From: Eledone cirrhosa
Lineage: Eukaryota
NCBI GenBank assembly: GCA_964016885.1
Contig: OZ024740.1
Location: 249,364,001 to 249,428,000, forward strand
Direction of reading: 5' to 3'
Length of the DNA stretch: 64,000 nucleotides
Part shown: one piece after another, positions 13,817 through 24,394 of the stretch
Layout: every line of letters begins with the position of its first letter
Position numbering within the stretch: position 1 is the stretch's first letter
The notes under the pieces: generated by a model
The model's input: only the letters and a program-made list of their open reading frames with translations
What the model was told of the DNA's origin: nothing
The model's database searches: none
Translations under genes and position numbers: made by a program

Positions 13817-16800
13817 GGTGGTCTTGGATGTCAGCACTAGCGAAGGTGGTGCCTTTAGACTGCTGGCCGTCTACGCCCCTACAGGGGCCGGACGACCTGA
13901 CTTCTTTAGGCGCTTGGAGACCTTTCTGGGTACGTCTCGCCCTTTACTGTTAGTGGGGGACTGGAATGGCATCTTAGACGCACGCTGGGATTGTGTGGGA
14001 GTAGCCGATAGGAACGGGGGGTGCAAAAGCCTCAAGCACCTACTCAGCCAGTTCCAACTGTCTGACAGGTATCGACTAGATTTCCCCAATGTGCCAGTAT
14101 GGACATGGACCAACCGAATGGGGTCATCTAGATCGTATATAGACAGGATCTTCATTAGGAAAATAGATAGAAATAGTGTGGGCTGTCCACTTTTTAAAAC
14201 GGTCGCCTATTCATATCACAAATTTGTGATCTGTACGGTCGACCTAAATAAAACGCGTAGGTTAGGACCAGGTTACTGGAAGCTGAACATGTCATTTCCG
14301 GCACGTAAGGCTTACAGGGACCGAGTCAACAAGTTAGTTAAGCAAAAGTTGACAGGGGGGATCATCAACAACAGATGGTGGGGGGCTCTCAAAAGAGAGA
14401 TTAGAGTAACTTCGATAGAGTTCAGCAAAGAACTAGCGTTAGAGAAAAATAGAAAGGAGGGGGAGGTGGTAGATAAGTTAGACGAGGCTATTTGTAGTGG
14501 CATCGCAACTGACGTGCTAGCGGCGAGAATGGCATTAGACCATTTCTTCAATGCCAAACACGAAGGTTGCATTGTCAGAGCTAAGGCGCGTGCGCTGAGA
14601 AACGAGGGAACTAAAGCTGTTCGATGGGCCCGCGTGGCGGAGGCGCAGCGTGGTAATAAAACCACAATTCGGTCTTTGGCGGACTGAGACGGACACGAGA
14701 TAAGCGATTCCAAGCGGATGTGTGAGGCCTTTCGCCAGCACTTTGCTCGGTTGTTCAGGGAGAGTGGCGTGTCAGAGAGAGTAGCGGATTTCAGTCCCTA
14801 CCTTGACGGCTTGCCGCGCATCTCGACGGTCGACGCTGAGTGCTGCGAAAGGCCGATTACTTCAGCCGAAATTCAGGACGCCCTTGTCGGCTGCATGAGG
14901 CGCAAGTCACCCGGTTTGGATGGCCTGCCCTACGAGCTTTACGTAAATATGCCAGACTTGTTCTCCGAACTCCTCGAAGCACTCTACTGCAACTGGCAGC
15001 AGAATGGGAGTATTCCCAGTTCTGTGAGCAGGGGAGTGGTGACGCTGATAAGTAAAGACGAGAACAAGAGGGATACATTAGACAACTTCAGGCCCATAAC
15101 TCTGCTCAACACAGAGTTTAAGATTTTGGCCAAGGTGTTAGCAAAGAGATTGGCGCTTGTCGTCGAGGATTTGGTTGGGGAGGCGCAAACTTGCGCAATC
15201 CCAGCCAGGTCCATACACGACAATCTCCACCTCATGCGATACATCATAGAGAGGGTAGGGTGTAAACCTGGCTTCGGTGGGGCACTGATCAATTTAGATC
15301 AATCGAAAGCATTCGATAGGGTCGACACTCGGTATCTGGAGTTTGTCCTCAAAGCAGCTGGCTTCGGCCGTCTTTAGAAGCTGGATCGTTGCAATGCACA
15401 GCGGCACACGCTCGGTGGTCAAGGTTAATGGCCACCTCTCGAAACCATTTCGGCTCTCCCGATCGGTCCATCAAGGGTGCCCTCTCTCTTCCCTTCTGTA
15501 CGTATTGACTCTCGAGCCTTTACTGTGGAAGCTGGAGCTGTTGCAGGGCATCCCGCTCGAACCGGGACGTGGAAAGGCGGTGTCGGCTTATGCGGACGAC
15601 ATCACCGTGATGGTGTCGAACACCTCAGAAATCGAGGTGGTCAGCACCTTATTGAAGGAATATGAAAGGTTGACAGGAGCCAAACTTAACCCGGAAAAAT
15701 CGGTGGGCTTGCAGCTCGGAACCTGGAGAGGCAAGCCCATGCCGTCCAACAGCGTCGGGCGGACCGGTAAAGTTGCTCGGGGTTTGGTTCGGACCAGACC
15801 TCCAGGTGGAAAAGAATTGGGACGAGTAGCCAGTCTCACCCAAAAATGGGCTGGGAGGAAGCTATCACTGAAAGGTCGCGCGGAGGTGGCGAATGCGTAC
15901 ATCGCGTCCGTCATCTACTACCGCCTAACCGTCGTGCCTTGCCCTCGTCCGCGCCTCGTCAAGTTGGAACGGCTCCTCTTCAAATTCTTGTGGAGGGAAC
16001 AAGTTCCGTTGGTGAGGCGGTCCATCTGCTGCCAGCACCCTCTACGCGGAGGGCTGGGCATGCCGTTGAGGCTGCGACATCTCCAGATATTCTGCCTCAA
16101 TGGTGAACAGGTGTGGTCGCTGTTTATCAGACGGGCCTTTCCGCAGCTCATTTCTTTGACTGAGCTGCAGTCCTGGGTCAAGAAGAGACCGAGACTGGGT
16201 GACTGGCACCTGGAATGTTGCCAGGCACTCACTGCTCTCTACCAAGCGGGCAATGCGATCAGTGGAACTTCCACTCTCGAGTTCTATAGAGGATTAGTGG
16301 TGGGCAAGTGCGATGACGCACTCGGAGAAGCTTTGGGCCTCGACGAAGTCGAACTGACCAGTCTGTACCGGAGGACTTTTGAGCCGGGGACGATTGAAAT
16401 TTTCCAGAAATTCCTCGCTTGGCAGTGCTACCGGGGGGCACTGCCGGTTCGGGATAAACTCTACAGGCACGGAAGTGCTGTCAGACGGACCTGCCCAAGA
16501 AACCGTTCTGCACGCACTTGTCCAATGTCCGTGCATTACTGACTTGTGGAGTTATGTCGAACAGCTACTGTCGCGTGTGGAACGAATCCGGCTATCGGCC
16601 GAGTCCATACTGAAGATCGAGCCGACACCTTCCTTAGGTCAGGAAGAGCAGGAAATTTTCCTCTGTCTGGTGGCAGTTGCGAAAGAGATTATATGGTGGA
16701 CCAGGTTGAAAGGACTAAAGACAGACACTTTTCTCTTCGGCCAATCCCTCATCAACTTCTTCAAGTTTCACCTGGAAAGGAGGGTGAGGGTGGAGAGAGA

Positions 16801-17167
16801 AGTGCTGCCCCCCAGTACAATTGCTAAAAGGTGGGTGAATGTGGCGAGAATGGCTCGTGTGAATGGGCCTACTCTGACCATGCACCTATAGGCTGGCTAA
16901 CTTGAGGAGAGGGGTGCTCTCCTGGGTGCCCTAGAAGCACAGGGTGGTTCAGGATTGGTGGGGTACCCGAATCACCCCAGGGTCGTCCACCCCCTATCGG
17001 GGAATTTATTTTGTTATATTTATGCATAGTTTATTTTATATTTTTATATTTTCATTGTTAAATTAGTCTTGCCATTGTGCACTTTTACTCGACCTTATTG
17101 TAAACCCCCACTGTCCCTGTCTTTATATTGTCCCCTACATGTCGGCCCTTGTGGCTAATAAATGAAA

Positions 17168-17169
<2 letters not shown>
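13817..17169 (+). mobile_element. Tx1/L1-clade non-LTR retrotransposon copy B (partial APE endonuclease, RT, zinc knuckle), 5'-truncated
   Basis: AVYAPT, VGDWN, WTW..SRSYIDRIF, GPGYWKLN, KSPGLDGLP, QGCPLS, AYADD; paralogous to 5561-8071; AATAAA then (ATT)n tail. Confidence 0.9.
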
Positions 17170-17201
<32 letters not shown>

Positions 17202-17202
<1 letters not shown>

Positions 17203-17391
17203 TGAGTCTCAGTCATTGATGTTAGTTAACTGGAAAGTTTGTTGAGATGAATATCAAGCCACTACCTGCAGCCTCAGATATTCAGGACGTATCGGAGGGT
17301 TCTTGCTGTTCCCAGCAAGCATGCCTTTTGAAGCGTTCCAAAAAGCGTGAAGGGGCCAATTTTCTTTAACCATCCCTGGAAACTTTTTGAG
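17202..17391 (-). mobile_element. 190-bp 3'-terminal fragment of Dong copy B family
   Basis: Matches ~9974-10163 with one mismatch seen by eye; (ATT)n on both sides. Confidence 0.92.
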
Positions 17392-17432
<41 letters not shown>

Positions 17433-17435
<3 letters not shown>

Positions 17436-18682
17436 CTGGGTTACTGCCGTTCTTATTCAGATTAGTAAACAATAAATATGAAGATATATTTATTTCTCAT
17501 AATTATTTCAAAATAGCTATATTTTCTTTTTTAAATATCAAAATTGTAATGATAATAGAATTTAGAAATGAAAATCTGTCAATTTTGAAGCACCTCAGGG
17601 TAAACAATATTCATTGTAATTTTTTGTTGGGTCCAAATGAATAAATTGTTGCTGCTTCCAGCTCGTGAGCAACCAACATAGAGTTGACCATGGGAGAAAC
17701 ATGTAGTAGAAAGATCAAGTCCAACTACCTTGAGGGATTGACCCTGAGATTTGTTAATTGAAATAATTGTTTCTATTTTAGGCACAAGGCCAGCAATTAC
17801 CCAGTACATTACTGGTAATTTCTTTTTATCGACCCCGTAAGGATCGAAGGCAAAGTTAACCCCGGCGGGATTTGAACTCAGATAATAAAGGGACGTAACT
17901 CTATGCTTCAAAGCATGGTGTCCGACTCTCTACCAATACTGCCAATCCACTGCCCTTTTGTTAATTGAAATAATAAAAGTTAGTTTGACTGGAAACTAAA
18001 ACCTCTTAAATTCAACCTCACATACACTCACACACATATACTTGTCAGTCATCACATATGTGTATGTATGTGTAGATGTATGTGTGTATTTAATTCTCTG
18101 TCTATCTGATTAAATATTTATGTGAAGATGTATGTGTATGTAACTTACTAAGGCCTAATGAATGTTATGAATGCGCAAACACACACACACTCACACACAT
18201 ACACACTCATATACAAAATGTGACACCATCGTCGTCGTCACATACACTCACACACTCACACTTGTCAGTCATCACATATGTAGATGTGTGCGTGTGTTTA
18301 ATTCTCTGTGTATCTGATTAAATATTTACATGAAGATGTATGTGTATGTAACTTACTAAGGCCTAACATATGTAAGGAACACGCAAACACATACACATAC
18401 ACACTCACAGACACATACACACTCACATACACATACACACTCATATATAAAATTTGATGTCGTTGTCGCCATGTTATAAAATGTCCATTTGCTTATAGTC
18501 TGTAGTAGATTATTTTAGATAAAATGTTATATTGTTTTAATCCAAATGAAAATAAAAATTACATGTTAATTCCGGGGTCTACTACTATTACCTTGTAAAA
18601 TTTGATTTGATTTGGTCGAGCCGTTTGAGAATGCATAAGGAAAAGACAGACAGACAGAGAGACAAAGAATTTTATATATAGA
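17433..18682 (-). mobile_element. Internally deleted Helitron retaining the C-terminal PIF1 helicase motifs
   Basis: After removing the SINE the frame reads EFKRF*FPVKLTFIISINKSQGQSLKVVGLDL..CFSHGQLYVGCSR; 5' end TCTATATATAAA at 18682; 3' end CCAGT (CTAG variant); internal ~230-bp duplication at ~18017-18470. Confidence 0.8.
17768..17956 (-). mobile_element. SINE family 1 inserted in the Helitron helicase, 18-bp TSD
   Basis: TTTGTTAATTGAAATAAT at 17750-17767 and 17957-17974. Confidence 0.9.
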
Positions 18683-19954
18683 GAGATATATATACATATT
18701 TATGAATCAAAGTTTTAGGTTGTTGTGGTAGAGGATGATAAATACAACAAATATCAATAATTCTGGTTGAATATATTACTTTACTTCATTCCAGCACAAA
18801 GGAAAAAAATATGATTACTTCGAACTGTAGATATAAAGTTTGATTGTAGTATTCACAAATGAATATAATGTTCAAAAAGGCTTGCGTTGTGCTGGAGTCT
18901 CCTTGTATAATATGCGATGTCAGATTAAAAAGTGACAAGTTGTAGTCAGACAGTATGTAGTAAGAGGTAGTAGTAAGCTCGCAGTTGTGAAGAGGCAGAT
19001 GACTCAGTGAGTTAGGATCACAGGACAGCCTATTTATAATGACAGCTAGATATTTTTGATAGATGGCCCCAGAATATATTCTCCTTCATACCACTGGTGC
19101 TGTAAATCCTAGCCTCAGGAGAATTTAACTATTGTCTTCTCTGTGAGGTCGCAAGTCACTTCTTGGTGGCCATGTCAGTATATATATATATATTTATATA
19201 AATATATATTGTGTATATATATATATATACAGTACATATGTGTGTGTGTGTGTTTATACAAATATATATATATATATCATCTCATCATCATCATCATTGC
19301 GACCACAGCCAAACATTCCTGACAGTCTCTCCACAATTCCCAACTGCACTTACTACTGATAGTTGATAGATGAAGTTTTGAATAGGTGTTCTGTGTCTGC
19401 AATGACTTGATTCCCACAATAGTACCTTCTATATAATTTATTGCTTACTTCACCAGCAATGTCCTGCAAATCATAACCCCTTTTGAGCAATTGTAGTTGT
19501 TATCTTAGGCAAGTTTTTGTATAACTTTCATTTGTAATACATTGATACCAGTTTGTTTTGTACAACCCTAAGCATTTTCGTGTATACACCATTTAGTTTC
19601 TTCTCAATTGCTTGTGTCAGATCCATACGACACTAACTCAACAGATGTTCTGAAGACTGATATTTTGATTTTTCATTCATATCCTTTCATTGCAGCCTAT
19701 CTCCGAATCAATAACACCAATTTTGCGAGCTATCGCCAAATAAAATATTTTTTCCATTTTCTGTTTGTGGTTGTTGTAATTCCTTTTATTGATTAACTAA
19801 TTATGCAATCTGCACCCAATGATGTCGCCAGGACTTTACGTAACCAGGCCATTGAAATATGTTTAGTGTTTTTTGCAACAATAAAACTTTAAAGGGATAT
19901 CACCAGTCCGGCTTCATGTTGTTTTAATCAAATTAATGTATATATATATCTTCT

Positions 19955-20860
19955 TCATCATCACTGTTTAACGTCTATTTTTCTGTGCTGGCATGGGTTA
20001 GAGAGGTCGCTGACGTCAGCTGGACATGCCATACCTTGCTCAGACAGAACTGTATTTTGCCTGGGATTTTTACAGCTGGGTGCCCTTCTTAACACCAACC
20101 ACGTTTACAGTGTAGAAAAGGATCGCACCGTTATGATGAGAGACAGGCCAGTTGGATGCGCCGTACCCTGCTAACATTGGAACCATAGTTAGGGATCTGG
20201 GTAGTCTCATCATAAGGGAGGTCTGGTCAGTTGGTCGCACGATGCCTGCCCATAGTGGGGCTGGGTTTGGGCTGGGTTTTTACGGCTGCTGGATGTTCTA
20301 CCGTCAACCACTTTTACAGTGTGTAACTGGATGGTGCGGTTATGAGACAGGTTTGGCCAGATGGCTGCACCATACCTTGCTCAAAACAGAGCTATGCGTT
20401 GGCTGGGTTTTTACAACTGCTAGATGCCTTTCCTAACACCTACCAGGTTACAGCATGGAACTGAGCGGCACCGTTATGAGAAAGGTCTGCCCAGTTGGCT
20501 ACACCATGCCTTGCTTATAGTGGGGCTGTGTTACTGGGTGGTAATGACAGGTCTGGTCAAATGGCTGCGCTGTACCTTGCATATATCAGGACACTGCTCA
20601 CAACAGAACCATAATTCAGCTGCTAAATGCCTTTCCTACTGCCAATCACATTTACAGTGTGGAATTGGGTTGTCCTGTTACGAGACAGGTCTGGCTAAAT
20701 AGCCACACCATGCCTTGCTCATAGCAGGGCCATGTTTGGGCTGAAATTTTATGGCTGCTGGATGCCCTTTCTTCTGCCAACCACATTCATAGTGTGGGAC
20801 TGGGTGGCACCTTTATGAGGAGGGTCTGGCCAGTTGGCCACGCCGTACCCTGCTCAGCCT
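19955..20860 (-). repeat. Degenerate tandem array (~8 units, ~70-135 bp) built from an RTE-type 3' UTR
   Basis: Recurrent GGTCTGGCCAGTTGGCTGCACCATACCTTGCTC-like core and GCTGGATGCCCTTCC..CCAACC..TTTACAGTG; begins at a CATCATCA..TTTAACGTC RTE-style tail. Confidence 0.65.
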
Positions 20861-20875
20861 ATGGACTTCACTTAA

Positions 20876-21945
20876 TATGAGGGATGGCTGAAAAGTTCAG
20901 GGGCTGACTATGAAGGAGTGATGCTAGAGTTATGAAATATTGCATGCATTAATTTCAACTTTTCTTATGGTAAACTGACATCTGACTTTAAAAAAAAAAC
21001 TTTATAAGTAACTAGTCGTAATTTCTCTTGAAAATGGACAAACTTTGGCATCATAGTGTTATCAAATAACTACAGAAAAAAAGTTTAGCCCCCAAGAACA
21101 TTCATGCTGATATGGTTGCTATATTAGGGAATGCTGCTCCAGCTTTATCAAGAGTGGAAAAGAGGGCAGCTGAGATTTAGGGGAAGATGACCCAAGATTT
21201 GGTTGTCCTACAACTGCCACCACCAAACATTAACTGTGTTCACCACATGGTGATGTATGACAGGCAATTAACTATAAATCAAATAGCCAATGCTATTAGT
21301 ATATCTCATAAGAGAGTTGAAAATATTCTGCACAAAGAAATTGACATAATGAAGTTTTCTGATACCTGATCACATCATAGGAAACATTGTTTGAAGCAGA
21401 TCCAGCTGGTTTCCTTGAACATTTCCTAACCCAGGATGAGTGTTGGGTTCATCACTTTGAACCAGAGACAAAGAGACAACCATGCAATGGAAACACCCCT
21501 CCTCCCCTACTCCAAAGAAAGCTAAGGTTGTTTCATCTGCAGAGAAGGTTATGGCCTCAGTTTGGCGGGATGCAAAAGGCATTGTATTTATTGACTATCA
21601 TCAAAAGGGCCACAACATCAATGGAAAGAACTATACCAACCTGCTGCGGTAGTTACGAAAGGCTATCAAGACCAAAAACCCATGAAAACTGATGAAAGGG
21701 GTCTTGTTTCATCAAGACAATGCTCCAGCACACAAGACCTTGGTTTCACTAACTATTGTATGTGACTGTCGCTTTGAACTGGTTGATCACCCTCCTTATT
21801 TTTCTAATTTAACCCCATCTGACTTTCATCCATTCCTAAACATGAAAAAACACTTGGCTAGAAACCAGTATCATAGTGATGATGGCATCATATCTGCTGT
21901 TGATGACTTTTTTTACCAACAGGATGAAAGCTTCTTCAGCACTGG
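20876..21945 (+). mobile_element. Mariner (Tc1/mariner, DD34D-type) transposon, decayed and 3'-truncated
   Basis: TA-TGAGGG left end; TQDECWVHHFEPETKRQ, LFHQDNAPAH, HPPYFSNLTPSDFH. Confidence 0.88.
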
Positions 21946-24383
21946 GCAGGCCTCTGCAGTGTGGCACTGGGCATGCTCAAGCACGTCTGCAAATCAATAA
22001 TCAGCTGGAACCCAGTGAGTGATCGTTTGCTGTCCGCCCATCTTCTCCACCAGCATGGGAAGATGACTATCATTGTTGCCTATTCCCCCACAGACACCAC
22101 AGAGGATACTGTCAAGACCAACTTCTACAACCAGCTTCAACAGGTCTTGGACAAATCCCACCCCATGAAATCATGATCATCCTGACAGATGCCATCGCTA
22201 CCATCTCTTCTTCCACCAGGCTCTCTCCAACTGACCCATTGCAGACTCAGTCCATTGGCACAACCTTCACTGACCCATCCACCAATGACAGCGGTGATCA
22301 CCTGCTGCTCCTCTGCTATTATAACAGTATGTGTATTGCTGACACCTGGTTCCCTCACAAACTCATCCATCAGTAAATCTGGTACAGTCTGGATGGTTAC
22401 ACCCAGAAGGCAATTGACCACATCATCATCTGTTGCTGGAGGTCGTTTGTCACAAACTGCTGGGTCTACTGAGGAGCTCAGCTTGGTAATACTGATCATT
22501 AGTTGTTGGTTGCAACACTGAGGCAGAGGTTGCAAACGGACCCTAATACCAAGTACCAGCCCCACCCTGACTCATTTTGTCTCCTTGATCCCAACATCAC
22601 CTCTATATTTGCATGCTCCATTGCCAATCGCTTCAAGGAGATCTTTGAATCAAGAGTCAGCCAGTCTGCATGCGACAACCTGGTAAACTCAAGACCTTTT
22701 CCCAAATGGCCCCGGATTTCACTGCATATGCTGGAGACAATTAACTGTCCCCACAAAACTCGCCTGTGCAGCAACATAAATGAGTACCAGCAGCTCAACC
22801 GGATAAGCAACAAGGCCATCACAAATGACCGGGAGAAGTTTTGGGTGGAAGAAGCCAAACGCCTGGAGACAGCAGCAAGGAACAACCTTATTTCAATACA
22901 CTCAGCAAAGCACGTGTCAGTACCCGGATCAAGATAGCCCTGGTAAAGGCTACCAATGGCAATGTCATTACCACTGAAACCACCTGCCTCAAATGCTGGA
23001 AGGAATACTTCAGCCTTCTTCTGTATCACCCATCCATCTCAATTGATCCCTGCCGCAATCCACCATGACAGACATGGCTGCAAACTTGATCCTGTCACTC
23101 CTGCCCTGAAGAATTTCAAAAATCACAAAGGTGAGCAGAGATAACATGATCAGTGGCCCACCCATATCATCAATCATGTATAGGTGTCAGAGCAGCTCCC
23201 AAATGACTGGACGAGGCATTATCCTCCCCTTCTGGAAATGGAATGGCGACAAACTCGTCTGCAGCAACCACAGGAGCATCACCCTTCTTTCTATTCCAAG
23301 CATGGTCTTCACTAAGATCCTCCTCAACCATGCTCTTCCAGCCATCAGAAGTGGATGTTGCCCACAACAAACCAGATTCATGCCTAATCGATCCACTGCT
23401 GAACATATTTCTGCACTCCGCCTCATTGTCAAAAGATCTTGAGAGTTCCATTGAGATCCTTGTCTCCATATCACCTCTGTTGACCTCAAGATGGTTTTCG
23501 ACACAGTCTACCATGCATCCCTCTGGAAAATTCTCAAGCTTGTCAGCATGCCTCCCAAGATTAACACCCTGTTCCAACAGCTCTATAGCAGTGCCAAGAG
23601 CTGCATGTGGGTGAACGGGAAGGACTACGACTGGTTCCCCATCAACATTGGGGTCAGACAGGGCTGTGTGGCTGCCCTCGATCTCTTGAATTGTGTCATT
23701 CACAATCTGATGACCAGACCAGTGAGTGAGTTTCTGGCGTTACCTTCAGGAATTAACACCTAACTGACCTGGAGTAAGCAGATGACACCACCCTATTAAG
23801 CAACTGAATCAATTGGCATGGAGCACACTGACCATATACGGGGAGGAATCCGCAAAGCCTGGCCTTCAGGTTAGCTGGGCGAAGACAAAGCTGATGGATG
23901 CCAGCAATGCCTGGATCCACCTTCACTTCATATTGGCCCCGATGCTGTGGAGTTTGTCAGCTCCTTCATTTACCTGAGCTCTACTGTCACCAGTAATAGA
24001 GACCTGACCCCAGAGATCAACTGCAGATGTGGCGTAGCTGCTGGGGTTATGTACTCCCTATAGAAGCCCTTTTGGTGCCATTGCTCAGTCTCCCAGAAGA
24101 TGATGCTTTGTATTTACAATGTATTGCTCCTCTCCATTCTCCTTTATGGAGCAGAAACATGGCCCCTCACAAAGACCCTGGCAAAGAGGATTGACAGCTT
24201 CGATACCAGAGTCCTGAGTACCATCAAAAACATCAGATGGCACCACCACATTTCCAACAAAGTGTTGCATGCACACACACATCAGTCCACAGCTTCCTGC
24301 CTCATAGCTATCTGTCACATGTGCTTCTGGGATCACTAGCTTAGGATCACCCTGGCCTCATTGAGCAAGAGAAGAAGAAGAAT
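21946..24383 (+). mobile_element. RTE-clade LINE, GAA-tailed family, copy A (decayed APE and RT)
   Basis: IIVAYSPT, ADTWF, CSNHRSITLLSIP, GVRQGCV, E*ADD, YGAETWPLT; tail GAGAAGAAGAAGAA. Confidence 0.85.
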
Positions 24384-24394
24384 ATATATATATA

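Larger units (their letters stand above)
5336..17431. repeat. Seven (ATT)n/(TAA)n tracts separating consecutive retro-insertions (~5336-5361, 5547-5560, 8072-8118, 9929-9968, 13796-13816, 17170-17201, 17392-17431)
   Basis: Read directly; each tract sits at an element boundary. Confidence 0.95.

Noticed and set aside
17579-17911. 110-aa PIF1 host gene
   Set aside because: Chimera of SINE and Helitron helicase fragment; the TSD shows the N-terminal half is an insertion.
18721-19180. Possible solo LTR (minus-strand TATAAATAGG, TG...CA)
   Set aside because: No partner LTR or convincing TSD.
19300-19900. Possible exons or enzyme remnant on the minus strand
   Set aside because: Frames are short with stops and carry no recognisable motif.
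19955-20860. CRISPR-like array
   Set aside because: Units are degenerate, the intervening sequences are homologous to each other, no cas genes are present, and the context is eukaryotic.
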